The notes: generated by a model from the letters alone, not told the origin. DNA of 64,000 nt from Candidatus Eiseniibacteriota bacterium (GCA_038060295.1 JBBTHR010000019.1:1582-65581), one strand, 5' to 3'. Counted from the first letter of the stretch, positions 10,924 through 20,945 are shown. Numbers and translations: made by a program.

Positions 10924-12543
10924 TCAGGCCCCTCGCGCGAGGGGAAGGCGGATCTGGAACGTGGTTCCCTGACCGGGGGCCGTTTCGACCGCGATGGAGC
11001 CTCCATGCTCGCTGACGATCCGCTCGACGATGGTCAGACCGAGGCCGCTCCCGTGCGCCTTCGTCGTGAATCCCGGAACGAAGAGGCGAGCCCGCTCCTC
11101 GGGAGCGAGCCCCCGGCCGCTGTCGCGGACCAGGAGCAGCGCGTCGCGTCCGGAGCGCGCGGCCGAGAGTGTGACGGTCCCCGCTTCGCCCGCGGCATCG
11201 AGTCCGTTCAGGATCAAGTTGAGCAGGGCCTGGCGAAGCTGCCCGCGATCGGCGGAGAGTTCGAGCGGTTCCGCGGGACGCTCGATCGCGAGGCGGCCCT
11301 CGGTGATCTCGCGGGCATGGAGCGCGGCGAGATCGGCGAAAAGTTCGGAGAGCGCGCACGGGGCCAACTGCGGCGCGGGGAAGCGGGCGAATTCCGAAAA
11401 CTCCTGGAGCAATCGCTTCAGCGTCTCCACCTCGTCCGCGATGGTGCGGGCCGCCTGATCGAGAATCTCGGGGAAGTCGGGGCGCTTCTGCTCGTAGCAC
11501 CGCTTCAGGTCGGCGATCGAGATGGCGATCGGCGTCAGCGGATTCTTCACCTCGTGCGCGACCGCACGCGCCATCTGGCTCCACGCCGCGTGGCGCTCGC
11601 TCACGACCAGTTTCTCGCGGTAGGCGCTCAGGTCGCGGCGCATCCGATCGAGCGCCTCCACGAGCGTCTCCAGCTCCCGCACGCTCCGGAGATGGAGCGG
11701 CTCGTCCCACGCGCCCTCCGCCACCTGGCCGGCGAAGGCAGCGAGGCGCTCCACCGGCTTCGAGACCTGGGAAGACCAGAAGACCCCGAGAATCACGGCG
11801 ATGGCGATGCAGAGCACCGCCAGCACCAGCGTGGCCGCGCGAAGCGCGCCGATCGCGCGATCCGCCGGCTCCGTGGAGGCGAAACCGGTGAGGGTGGCGG
11901 ATCGCTTGGGTCCGATCTCGAGCGCGATCTGCCGCCCCCAGAACCAGCGACCCCCGATGGCGACGCGAGCGTTCGATTCCACGTCCGTGCGCCTCGGTTC
12001 GATCCGCGGATCGAGCGTGTGGGCGACCACGGCGCCGGAAGCGTCGCGGAGGATCAGGTCGATCCCTCCGTTCGTGCCGAGACGCTCGAGCACGGCCCGA
12101 TCGAAGAGGATGCCGCCGTGGACGATCCCCACGACGTCACCCTGGTAGCGGATCGCGGCCTCGGCCTCCTGGGTCAGGCCGGCGCCCGGCCTCTCGCCCG
12201 CGACCACCGTCGCGGAGGCGTCGGTGACGTAGAGAAAATCGAACCCGAGTAGGAACCGCCGTTCGGCCACGTACTCCGACAGCTCCTGCTCGCTGCCGGG
12301 TCGGAGGAGGTAGAGACGCTTCAGTTGCGGATCGCGCCCGAGGATGGCGAGCCGCTCGGTGAGACGCTTGCCTTCGGTCTCCACCTGCTGCTGAAGCGTG
12401 CCGAGCGTGGCGCCCAGCCGCTCGCGTGCCTCCTCCTTCACCATCGACTCGATTCGTGAACCGAGGAGCGCCATCGCGATCGCGAGCGGCACCAGCGCGA
12501 CGACCGAGAAGGCGACGATGAGCCTGGCGCGAAGCGAGTTCAC
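10924..12543 (-). CDS. ntrY: Sensor histidine kinase, NtrY-like
   Basis: Two TM helices flank a periplasmic domain. The HisKA H-box (AHEVKNPLTPI) and HATPase_c (GSGLGLTIVERIV, GQGTTFQIRLP) are present. The GTG start at 12543 is preceded by GGGAGG; the track start at 12567 is a TTG. Confidence 0.75.
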   Translation of the reverse strand: MNSLRARLIVAFSVVALVPLAIAMALLGSRIESMVKEEARERLGATLGTLQQQVETEGKRLTERLAILGRDPQLKRLYLLRPGSEQELSEYVAERRFLLGFDFLYVTDASATVVAGERPGAGLTQEAEAAIRYQGDVVGIVHGGILFDRAVLERLGTNGGIDLILRDASGAVVAHTLDPRIEPRRTDVESNARVAIGGRWFWGRQIALEIGPKRSATLTGFASTEPADRAIGALRAATLVLAVLCIAIAVILGVFWSSQVSKPVERLAAFAGQVAEGAWDEPLHLRSVRELETLVEALDRMRRDLSAYREKLVVSERHAAWSQMARAVAHEVKNPLTPIAISIADLKRCYEQKRPDFPEILDQAARTIADEVETLKRLLQEFSEFARFPAPQLAPCALSELFADLAALHAREITEGRLAIERPAEPLELSADRGQLRQALLNLILNGLDAAGEAGTVTLSAARSGRDALLLVRDSGRGLAPEERARLFVPGFTTKAHGSGLGLTIVERIVSEHGGSIAVETAPGQGTTFQIRLPLARGA

Positions 12544-13454
12544 GGCCCACCGCCTCCCGCGCCGCAATCGACCATGGCGAGGAACGCCGGCGCGCCGAGG
12601 GCGCGAACGTAGGGGCCGAATTCCGGCGGGGTGAGAACGGGACAGTCGGCGGCCAGGTGGATCTGCCAGCGCGGCGCCGCTCGCGTCCGCGCGGAGAGTT
12701 CGCCCGGTTCGAAGAGGGCCACGTCGAGGTCGCCTCTCTCGAGCGCGATCTCTTCCTCGGCCGCGTCGTCGAAAAGGCTCGCGACGATCGTGTCGGGCCA
12801 GGAGGCGGTGCGCCCGAGAGCGCCGCCGCCCGAGGCGGAGACGCCGGAGAGGCTGTCGGTGGAATCGCGCGTCAGCCGGTAGCCGAGCCGTCCCATCGGT
12901 TCCACTCGATAGGCCATGCCCAGGGGCGGCCGGAGCGTCCAGCGGTCGCAGCCCGTGCGATTCGCCGCGCGCCGTCCCGAGGGAAATCCCACGCGAATCG
13001 TGGAGGGCGAGGGAAGCGGCCTGCGCGCCGCCAGAACGCGCAGGCGGTCGAGCTTTCGCTCTCGCGCGAGCGTGCCCGAGACGAGGCGGGCCACGGCCAG
13101 CCCTCCCTCGGCGATGCTCACGATCGGCGCCGCCGCGACCTGCTTCTTGCCGGATCGAATGAGGAGCGTGTCGCCGGGCGCCACGCTGCCCGAATCGCCG
13201 AGGACGACGTAGACGTGATCGGCGCGGTGCCAGACGACGCGCGCGTCGAGCGGCTCAGGAAAACTCGGCGCGGCCGAAGCGGGAAGGGACAGAGAGACGA
13301 GAATCGCGTAAATCGCGAACGCGACCGAGATGGAGAATGAGCCGCGCGATCCGATCCGGCGCTCGATCCGGCGAGTGGACGCCAGGGGACATCGCGTGTC
13401 CAAATTGCCACGCGAACGCAAGGCATTGCCAACACTCGTCTTTGCCATGTTCAT
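12540..13454 (-). CDS. Hypothetical signal-anchored periplasmic protein upstream of ntrYX
   Basis: Start assigned at MNMAKTS (GGGAG is 7 nt upstream). The protein has a hydrophobic anchor (FSISVAFAIYAILVSLSLPASA) and no recognisable motifs. Confidence 0.4.
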   Translation of the reverse strand: MNMAKTSVGNALRSRGNLDTRCPLASTRRIERRIGSRGSFSISVAFAIYAILVSLSLPASAAPSFPEPLDARVVWHRADHVYVVLGDSGSVAPGDTLLIRSGKKQVAAAPIVSIAEGGLAVARLVSGTLARERKLDRLRVLAARRPLPSPSTIRVGFPSGRRAANRTGCDRWTLRPPLGMAYRVEPMGRLGYRLTRDSTDSLSGVSASGGGALGRTASWPDTIVASLFDDAAEEEIALERGDLDVALFEPGELSARTRAAPRWQIHLAADCPVLTPPEFGPYVRALGAPAFLAMVDCGAGGGGP

Positions 13455-13476
13455 GAGCCTGCTCCCAAAGTTTCTC

Positions 13477-13494
13477 CGTGTCAAGGTTGACACG
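13477..13494. promoter_or_regulatory. 18-bp perfect palindrome cGTGTCAA-GG-TTGACACg in an AT-rich intergenic island; candidate operator
   Basis: Direct read. It lies 23-40 bp upstream of the start of the minus-strand gene 12540-13454. Confidence 0.35.
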
Positions 13495-13507
13495 AAATGG
13501 CTCTGCC

Positions 13508-13523
13508 GTGGCAGCAGCATTTC
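13508..13523 (+). promoter_or_regulatory. Weak sigma-54-like -24/-12 element (TGGCAG-N5-TTTCA). A second near-match (GGCACG-N4-TTGAA) lies at 13558-13573.
   Basis: The match to TGGCAC-N5-TTGC is only partial and the conserved GC dinucleotide of the -12 element is absent, so this is low confidence. The ntrX-type activator is encoded adjacent. Confidence 0.15.
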
Positions 13524-13717
13524 ACGTAACTCGTTGTGAAATAATCAAATAAACGCACGGCACGGCGATTGAATAGGTGTCTGATCACCGGCCGCGCCAG
13601 AGCGGCGTTGCCGGAATCCGGAGTGCGGGAGTGAGAGTCCGCGCCGGACGACCAGAGGCCACACGCCGGCGGCATCCCTCTGGTTGTACTCCGCGGTCGC
13701 CGGCTGGGAGCAGGATC

Positions 13718-14335
13718 ATGATTCGCCAGGAGAAGAAGTCGAACGTGCTGGGCCTCACGCGTGGGGACGTCGCTGTCGCCGCCTCGTTTCTGCTGCTGCT
13801 GGTGGCGCTGGGATGCGGCAAGGAGGAGAAGCGGGTTTCTGCGTCCACCAGCGACGCGCGGGGCTTGGCCGTGGTCGCCGCTCCGGTCTCGACCCCCGCC
13901 CAGGGGGACGGCGCCTCCCGGACGACGCTCACGTCGGGCGTCGCGGAGATCCAGGGGGGCGTGAGTCACGACGAGGCGTCGAGCGAGGCGCCGGCGGCGG
14001 AAGGGGACGGCGCGCTCCCTCCGGAAGTCGTCGTGAGTGTTCCCGACTCCCTCGCCGTGCCGGGAAGCATCGTGGAGATCACCGCGGAGGGATCGGCCGA
14101 CGTGACCGCAATCACCTTGTCGGATGGTCGTGGTCAGACGCGACCCTTCGCCTATGACGCCGGGGCGAACGTCTGGCGCGCCTCCTACCGCGTGCCGCTT
14201 CGGAGCGCGACCGAACGTCTCGGGCTCTCGGCCACGGCGACGAACGGTGGAAATCGCTGGAAGCGGGTCTGGATCTTCCTGAACGTGCTGCCGAAACAGA
14301 CGACCGCGGCGGTCGATTCGAGTGGAGGGTGCTGA
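13718..14335 (+). CDS. Hypothetical lipoprotein
   Basis: Start assigned at MIRQEKK with a lipobox (LLVALGCG). The protein is rich in Ser, Ala and Thr and has no catalytic motifs. Confidence 0.45.
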   Translation: MIRQEKKSNVLGLTRGDVAVAASFLLLLVALGCGKEEKRVSASTSDARGLAVVAAPVSTPAQGDGASRTTLTSGVAEIQGGVSHDEASSEAPAAEGDGALPPEVVVSVPDSLAVPGSIVEITAEGSADVTAITLSDGRGQTRPFAYDAGANVWRASYRVPLRSATERLGLSATATNGGNRWKRVWIFLNVLPKQTTAAVDSSGGC

Positions 14336-14378
14336 GTGGCGGAGGTCTCGTCCGAAGCGTGGTCCGGAGCCCTCGGGG

Positions 14379-14807
14379 TCATGACCCCGGGGGCTCACCC
14401 CTATCCCGATTGGGGGAAATCACCTCCAGGCGGACGCGAGCCACGCCCGCCCGTAGGAATCCCAGATCGCGCGCCGCGCGCCGCGAGACGTCCACGATGC
14501 GACCTCGACGGAAGGGGCCGCGATCGGTGATCGTCACGACGACGCTTCGCCCGTTCTTGAGATTCGTCACCCGCACGCGCGTCCCGAAGGGAAGCGTGCG
14601 ATGCGCGGCGGAGAGTTCGTCCGAGTCGTAGCGCTCGCCGCTTGCGGTGGTCCGCCCGTGGAACTCGGGGCCGTAATACGAGGCGAAACCCACGATTTCC
14701 GAACCGGCGCGAGACCCGTCACCCGATCCGATCGCCGGATGAGAGCCGGCGCAACCGGTGGCGAGGAGGAGCGACGCGAGCAGGGCGGTCGGAAGCAAAG
14801 ATCGCAT
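14379..14807 (-). CDS. rlpA: RlpA-like septal ring lytic transglycosylase / DPBB-domain lipoprotein
   Basis: A lipobox (LLLATGCAG) followed by ASYYGPEFHGRTTASGERYD...AAHRTLPFGTRVRVTN. Confidence 0.75.
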   Translation of the reverse strand: MRSLLPTALLASLLLATGCAGSHPAIGSGDGSRAGSEIVGFASYYGPEFHGRTTASGERYDSDELSAAHRTLPFGTRVRVTNLKNGRSVVVTITDRGPFRRGRIVDVSRRAARDLGFLRAGVARVRLEVISPNRDRGEPPGS

Positions 14808-14928
14808 CCTCGACCCATCGGCAGAAACAGCGCGTGACTGTAGGCGGTCGAAAGCGGGAATCGATCGGATGGTCGTATTGGGCCATCTCACCCGCCATGT
14901 GGGATGCGCCGCCCCGGAGTCCGGCTCC

Positions 14929-16575
14929 CTACCGATGCACCCCCGCGGCCTCGCTCCCGGTGCGCTCCACGAATTCCACGTAGGAGCCGCCGTAGGCGAA
15001 GGGGGGGAGTCCCGGCGCGCCATCCCCGTCCCCGGGCCGGAGCTCCAGCACGCGATTGCTGAGCCCCTTCAGGAATGTGCGATCGTGGCTCACGAAGAGC
15101 ATCGTCCCCTCGAAGTTCCCGAGCGCCTCCACCAGCATCTCCTTCGTCTCGAGATCGAGATGATTCGTCGGCTCGTCGAGGATGAGGAAATTCGGCGGAT
15201 CGAAGAGCATCTGGGCCAGCACGAGTCGCGACTTCTCGCCGCCGGAGAGAACGCGGACCGGCTTCTCGTGGTCGGCGCCGGAAAAATGGAAGGCGCCGAG
15301 AAGGTTCCGAAGCACCCCCTGGCCTTCCATGGGGCAGCTCTGCTGGATCTGCTCGAAGACCGTGAGCGACGGGTCGAGTTGCTCCAGCGACTGCTGGGCG
15401 AAGTATCCCACCTTGAGGCCGGCGCCTAGTCGCACGGAGCCGTGGTCGGGATCGATCGCGCCGGCGACCAGCTTCAGCAAGGTGGTCTTGCCGGCGCCGT
15501 TTCGGCCCATGACGCACCAGCGCTCGGTCCGGCGGATCACGAAGTCAAATCCGTCGTAAAGAACCCGCGACCCGTAGGCCTTCGACACGCCCGAGAGCAT
15601 CGCGACGTCCTCTCCGGAGCGCGGCGGCTGGCGGAAGTCGAACTGCACGACCTTTCGCCGCACCGGCAGCTCGACGACATCCAGCTTCTCGAGCTTCTTC
15701 ACGCGGCTCTGCACCTGGGCGGCCTTGGCCGCGTGCGCGGCGAAGCGCTCGATGAAGCGGCGCTCCTTCGCCAGCATCGCCTGCTGGCGCGCGTAGGCCG
15801 CCTCGCGGTTCGCCTCGGCGATCGCCCGCTCGCGGACGTAGTAGTCGTAGTTCCCGGTGAAGGTGCTGAACTCGCCGCCGTCGATTTCCACGATGCGGCT
15901 CACGACGCGGTTCATGAAATCCTTGTCGTGGCACGTCATGAGCACCGCGCCGGGGTAGTCGCGAATGAACTCCTCCAGCCAGAGAATCGATTCGATGTCG
16001 AGGTGGTTCGTCGGCTCGTCCATCAGGAGGACGTCGGGCCGGCCCAGGAGCACGCGGACCATGCCGACGCGCATCTTCCAGCCGCCCGACATGGCGCCGA
16101 CGTCGGCGTCGATCTGGCGGTCATCGAAGCCGAGCCCATGGAGCACCTCGCGGGCGCGCGCCTCCAGGTCGTAGCCGCCGCCGTCCTGATAGGCCCCCTG
16201 CACCTCGCCGAAGCGCTTGAGGATTTTCTCCATCTCGCCGGCGCGCTTCGGGTCGGCCATGGCGTGCTCGAGGTCCTTCAGCTCGTGGTGAAGGTCTCCC
16301 AGCTTCCCGCTGCCCGCGATCGCCTCGTCCAGCACCGAGCGGCCCGACATCTCGCCGACGTCCTGGCGGAAGTAGCCGATGGTGGTCCGCTTGGGAATCG
16401 AGATCTCGCCCTCGTCGGGGATCTCCTCGCCGACGATCATCCGGAAGACGGTCGTCTTCCCGGTGCCGTTCGGCCCGACGAGGCCGGCCTTCTCCCCGGC
16501 GTTGAGCTGGAAGGAGGGCTCCACGAAGAGAACCTGGCGTCCGTACTGCTTGCTGATGTTGCTGAGGGAGATCAT
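14929..16575 (-). CDS. ABC-F family ATPase (tandem ABC domains, no TM domain)
   Basis: Two Walker A sites (GPNGTGKTT and GRNGAGKTTLLK), two LSGG signature motifs and a linker region. Confidence 0.85.
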   Translation of the reverse strand: MISLSNISKQYGRQVLFVEPSFQLNAGEKAGLVGPNGTGKTTVFRMIVGEEIPDEGEISIPKRTTIGYFRQDVGEMSGRSVLDEAIAGSGKLGDLHHELKDLEHAMADPKRAGEMEKILKRFGEVQGAYQDGGGYDLEARAREVLHGLGFDDRQIDADVGAMSGGWKMRVGMVRVLLGRPDVLLMDEPTNHLDIESILWLEEFIRDYPGAVLMTCHDKDFMNRVVSRIVEIDGGEFSTFTGNYDYYVRERAIAEANREAAYARQQAMLAKERRFIERFAAHAAKAAQVQSRVKKLEKLDVVELPVRRKVVQFDFRQPPRSGEDVAMLSGVSKAYGSRVLYDGFDFVIRRTERWCVMGRNGAGKTTLLKLVAGAIDPDHGSVRLGAGLKVGYFAQQSLEQLDPSLTVFEQIQQSCPMEGQGVLRNLLGAFHFSGADHEKPVRVLSGGEKSRLVLAQMLFDPPNFLILDEPTNHLDLETKEMLVEALGNFEGTMLFVSHDRTFLKGLSNRVLELRPGDGDGAPGLPPFAYGGSYVEFVERTGSEAAGVHR

Positions 16576-16833
16576 GGGCCGGGAATTGTAGCATCGATGG
16601 CTGGCGCGGGGCGGCCGGAACCGGTACTCTCCAAGCAGAGTTTCGAATCGAGAGCCTAGTCGGGGGGCAGGCGACCGTTCTCAGCGCTCCGTCGCAACAA
16701 ATTCGCCAGGGTCGCTCCCCCACGGGAGTGGGCGGTTCGGGAGGAAGCCATCAACAACGCCACCGCAGGAACGAATCCCGCCACCTCTCGAGTCATCTTC
16801 GCCCCCGCCCAGGCCGCCGGGTTCGGCGAGGAT

Positions 16834-17871
16834 GTGAATCGCCGCGTCGCCGCCTACTTCGAGTCCCGCGACCTTTCCCCGAAAGCCAACGCCTCGATGG
16901 TGATCAAGACCATCGTCATCCTCCTGGTCACGTTCGGGTCGTACGGCATGATCCTGAGCAATCAGTTCTCGCCGTGGCAGATGCTCGGCCTGGCGGTATT
17001 GATGGGGGTGGGCACCGCGGGCATCGGATTCAGCATCGCGCACGACGCGCTGCACGGGGCGTACTCCTCCCGGCCCTGGATCAACAAGCTTCTCGGATTC
17101 AGTTTCGAACTGGCGGGCGCGAGCGGATACATGTGGAAGATCACGCACAACGTGATCCACCACACCTACCCGAACATCCACGGTCTGGACGAGGATTTGG
17201 AGGTCTCGCCGCTCCTGCGACTATCTCCCGAGGCGAAGCTGAAGCCGATCCACCGATTCCAGCATCTCTACGCCGTCGTGGCCTACAGCCTCTCGACCCT
17301 CAACTGGGTCTTCGTGAAGGACTACAAGTACTTCCTGATGCGGGAACTGGGTCCGTTCCACGGTAAGCGGCACCGCTTCTCCGACGTCGCCACGCTCCTC
17401 GGGTCGAAGGTCTTCTACTACGGCTACACGATCGCGATTCCACTCCTCGTCCTGGACGTCGCGTGGTGGCAGTTCGGAATCGGATTCCTGATCATGCATC
17501 TGACCGCGGGGTTCATTCTCGGAATCGTCTTTCAGCTGGCGCACGTCGTCGAGGAAACCGAACACCCCATCCCCGCGCCGGACGGCACGATGGAAACGGC
17601 GTGGACGATCCACCAGATGGAGACGACGTCGGACTTCGCGACCTCGAATCGCTGGCTCTCGTGGTACGTCGGCGGGCTGAACTTCCAGGTCGAGCACCAT
17701 CTCTTCCCGAAAGTCTGCAGCGTCCATTACCCCGCGATCAGCAAGATCGTCCGGGAGACGGCCGCGGAACACGGGGTGCCGCACCACCATCACGAGACGA
17801 TGCGCGAGGCGGTCCGGTCCCATCTCCTGACGCTCAAGAGACTCGGAAACCCGACCGCCTCGGCCGCGTAA
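16834..17871 (+). CDS. Membrane fatty-acid (acyl-lipid) desaturase, DesD/delta-6-like, lacking a cytochrome b5 domain
   Basis: Three His boxes (HDALH, HNVIHH, QVEHHLFP). The N-terminus RVAAYF...ASMVIKTIVILLV resembles the Synechocystis DesD N-terminus. The GTG start is taken from the track. Confidence 0.8.
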   Translation: MNRRVAAYFESRDLSPKANASMVIKTIVILLVTFGSYGMILSNQFSPWQMLGLAVLMGVGTAGIGFSIAHDALHGAYSSRPWINKLLGFSFELAGASGYMWKITHNVIHHTYPNIHGLDEDLEVSPLLRLSPEAKLKPIHRFQHLYAVVAYSLSTLNWVFVKDYKYFLMRELGPFHGKRHRFSDVATLLGSKVFYYGYTIAIPLLVLDVAWWQFGIGFLIMHLTAGFILGIVFQLAHVVEETEHPIPAPDGTMETAWTIHQMETTSDFATSNRWLSWYVGGLNFQVEHHLFPKVCSVHYPAISKIVRETAAEHGVPHHHHETMREAVRSHLLTLKRLGNPTASAA

Positions 17872-17893
17872 GTCGGACCGGGCGGGCCGGGGC

Positions 17894-20695
17894 CTACTTC
17901 GCCCCCGCCTCCGCCTTCTCCGCCTTCTTCACCTTCGCGAAATCGCCCGCCTGAACCATCGTGATCTTGTTCAAGTCGATCTTCTTCCGCATCGCCGCGA
18001 GGATCTGCTCCGCCGTCAGGTTCTGAATCGCCTTCTCCACGTCCCGGTCGAAGGTGAGCGCGCGGCCCTCTTCCAGCCTGCTGGCGAGGGTCCCCATGAG
18101 TTCGCGATCCTGGGACCGCGATACCTGCCGGGCCTGGAGCCAGCCCTTCTTCGCCTCGGCGATCTCGTCGTCGGCGAATCCGGTCGCGAGCATCTTCGCC
18201 ATCTCGTCCTTGAAGGCGGCCTCCAACTTGGTCGCGTTTTCGGGAGCGTAGAGGGCGATGGCGAAGAACCGAGCGTCGTCGTCCCACGGGCCGGCAATGA
18301 AACCGGAGCCGACGCCATAGCTGAGTCCCTCGACGCGGCGGATCCGGGTCGCCAGGCGGGAGTTGATGAATCCTCCACCCGTCATGAAATTGCCCAGGAT
18401 CATGGCGGGGTAGTCGGGGTCGCTGTCACGCATCTGGATGCGCAACGAGGCCTGCATGAAGGCGCTCTGCTTGTCCGGCGCCTCGATCGATTGAATCAGG
18501 GCGGGCCGATCCTCGTAGGGGGTGGCCAGCCGGGCGTAGGGCCGAGGACTCTTCCAGGCGCCAAGGAGCTCGCTCAGGAGATCCTGAGTCGCCTTCGCGT
18601 CGAAATCTCCGACGATGCTGACCTCTCCGTCGGACGCGCCGTAGAAATCGGCGTGGAACTGCTTCGCCTCCGCGACCGTGACTCGCTTGGTCGACTCCAG
18701 CATCTCATCGGGCGTGGCGATGTAGCGGGGGTCGTCGGCGGTCCGCGGAACCAGATAGCGACCCGCCGCCGTGCTCGCCAGCTGGCGCGGATCGGTCTTC
18801 GATTCCTCCACCGCCGCGATCACTTCCTGGCGTAGGAGTTCCAGCTCGGTCGCGGGGAACGTCGGCTCGCGCAAAGCTTCCACCGCCAGGCGAAGCGCCT
18901 GGGGAAGGGTCTCCTTGGTGGCCTCGATCGTCACCCACGCCCCGGTGGCGGCTCCGTCCACGCGCACGGTGGCCTTCAGCCGGTCGATCTCATCCTTCAG
19001 CTCCTGTCGGGTGTGCTTCGACGTGCCGCGCATCAGCATGCTGCCCGCCATCTCGGCGGCGCGCTTCCGTCCCTTCAGGTCGGTCGGGTTTCCGAAATGG
19101 AGCCGGATCACGGCCTGGACTGTCGACCCGCGTGTCTTCTTCGGCAGGAAGACCACCTTCAACCCCGAGGGAAGCGCCGAGCGGGTCAGGCGAGCCTCGA
19201 TGGCGTCGGGCGACGGATCGAACGCCTCGCCCGCGCTGAGCGCCTCGCCGCCCTTGTAGTCCTTCACCACGGCGGCGATGTCCTGAAGCGCGGGCACGGT
19301 CGCGCGATCGGGCTCCTTCGTCGGGAGGAACATCCCGGAGGTTCGGTTCGACGATTTGAGATAGGCGCCGGCGACCTTTGTGACGTCGTCCACGGTCACC
19401 TTCTGAAGCCGGTCGCGGTGGAGGAAGATGAGGCGCCAGTCGCCCATGGCGGACCACTCCGAGAGCTGGAGCGCGGCCCGCTGCGACTCGCGCATGGTGA
19501 GGTCCCACCGCTTGAGAAGGTTGTCCCGCGCGCGCGCCACTTCCTGCTCCGTTGGCGGCGTGGAGGCGAATCCCTCCAGCGTGCGGATCATCGTGTCGCG
19601 GGCCTCCTCGATGGCGCCGTCCGACGTGGTGGTCGCGTCGACGTAGAGGAGACCGGGATCGCGGAATTCGGAGACGTCGGTCGAGATTGTCGCGGCTTTC
19701 TTCGTCTCGACCAGCGCCTTGTAGAGCCGGCCCGAGGGTACGTCGCCGAGGATGAAGCCGAGGACGCCGACGGCGGCGTGCTCAGGATCCGATCCCGCCG
19801 GGATGTGATAGGCAGCCGAAGCAACCTTCGTGTCGCCCACGCGCCGCAATGTCACCGACCGTTCACCGTCCTGCACCGGCTCGACCGTGTAGGTGCGCTC
19901 GATCGGCTGCTTGGAGCGGGGAAGGACGCCGTACTTCTTCTCGATCGTCCGCAGCGTCTTCGCCTCGTCGAACTTGCCGGCGACGACCAGGATCGTGTTG
20001 TCCGGTTGGTACCATTTCCGATAGAACGCCTGCAAACGCTCGATCGGGACGCCCTCGAGGTCGGAGCGCGCGCCGATCGTCGACTTGCCGTAGTTGTGCC
20101 ACAGGTAGGCGGTCGAGAAGACGCGCTCCGTCAGGATCGACCTGGAATCGTTCTCGCCGATCTCGAACTCGTTCCGGACGACCGTCATCTCGGAATCGAG
20201 GTCCTTCTTCGCGATGAAGCTATTCACCATCCGGTCGGCTTCCAGATCGAGCGCCCAGTCGAGGTTCTCGTCGGTCGCCGCGAACGTCTCGAAGTAGTTC
20301 GTGCGATCGAACCACGTCGTTCCGTTCGGGCGGGAGCCGTGCGAGGTGAGCTCCTGGGGAATGTCGCGATGGTTCTTCGAGCCCTTGAAGAGGAGATGCT
20401 CCAGGAGATGGGCCATCCCCGTCTCGCCGTATCCCTCGTGCCTAGACCCGACCAGGTAGGTTATGTTCACCGTGGCCGTCTGCTTGGAAGGATCGGGGAA
20501 GAGGAGGACGCGCATGCCGTTCGCGAGGTGGTATTCGGTGATTCCCTCGACCGAGGCGACCTTCTCGGCGCGAGCCGCGGCGGCGGGCGACGCTTTGCGG
20601 GACGCGGCGGAACGTGTTTGGGCCTCGGCCGGCGCGAGAACCGACGCCAGCCCCAAGGCGACCACCGCCGTGAACAGAATTCGGCGCAGATTCAT
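17894..20695 (-). CDS. M16-family zinc peptidase (pitrilysin/insulinase-like, two M16 units), secreted
   Basis: Start assigned at MNLRRILF with a signal peptide. The inverted zinc motif HLLEHLLFKGS is present. At about 930 aa the protein is consistent with tandem active and inactive M16 halves. Confidence 0.8.
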   Translation of the reverse strand: MNLRRILFTAVVALGLASVLAPAEAQTRSAASRKASPAAAARAEKVASVEGITEYHLANGMRVLLFPDPSKQTATVNITYLVGSRHEGYGETGMAHLLEHLLFKGSKNHRDIPQELTSHGSRPNGTTWFDRTNYFETFAATDENLDWALDLEADRMVNSFIAKKDLDSEMTVVRNEFEIGENDSRSILTERVFSTAYLWHNYGKSTIGARSDLEGVPIERLQAFYRKWYQPDNTILVVAGKFDEAKTLRTIEKKYGVLPRSKQPIERTYTVEPVQDGERSVTLRRVGDTKVASAAYHIPAGSDPEHAAVGVLGFILGDVPSGRLYKALVETKKAATISTDVSEFRDPGLLYVDATTTSDGAIEEARDTMIRTLEGFASTPPTEQEVARARDNLLKRWDLTMRESQRAALQLSEWSAMGDWRLIFLHRDRLQKVTVDDVTKVAGAYLKSSNRTSGMFLPTKEPDRATVPALQDIAAVVKDYKGGEALSAGEAFDPSPDAIEARLTRSALPSGLKVVFLPKKTRGSTVQAVIRLHFGNPTDLKGRKRAAEMAGSMLMRGTSKHTRQELKDEIDRLKATVRVDGAATGAWVTIEATKETLPQALRLAVEALREPTFPATELELLRQEVIAAVEESKTDPRQLASTAAGRYLVPRTADDPRYIATPDEMLESTKRVTVAEAKQFHADFYGASDGEVSIVGDFDAKATQDLLSELLGAWKSPRPYARLATPYEDRPALIQSIEAPDKQSAFMQASLRIQMRDSDPDYPAMILGNFMTGGGFINSRLATRIRRVEGLSYGVGSGFIAGPWDDDARFFAIALYAPENATKLEAAFKDEMAKMLATGFADDEIAEAKKGWLQARQVSRSQDRELMGTLASRLEEGRALTFDRDVEKAIQNLTAEQILAAMRKKIDLNKITMVQAGDFAKVKKAEKAEAGAK

Positions 20696-20945
20696 CGAGA
20701 AGTACCTCCCGTGGAAGGGCGCGGAAACGTGACGAAAGGAGACCCCGGATTGTACGGCATTCGCCGGGCCTAGGGGAGCAGGCGGAATCGGGCCGGGGAG
20801 GCCTCCGCCGGAGGTGCCCTTTGTGCGCCCTGCCACATACTACGAGGGGCCACCTTGCGAACGCCCCGACATGGTCGAGAATGGTACTGATGGGGCGTCC
20901 CGGCGGGTCGTCGTAGGCGCCGTTGTCGAAAGGGGTTACGCCATC

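Noticed and set aside
9566-11710. 714-aa minus-strand ORF.
   Set aside because: Only the C-terminal 449 aa (from GTG 10912) form the NtrX-like regulator. The upstream part is an alternate frame over the histidine kinase gene.
13508-13573. Sigma-54 promoter assignment.
   Set aside because: Both candidates miss the conserved GC of the -12 element. They are reported only as weak near-matches, not as called promoters.
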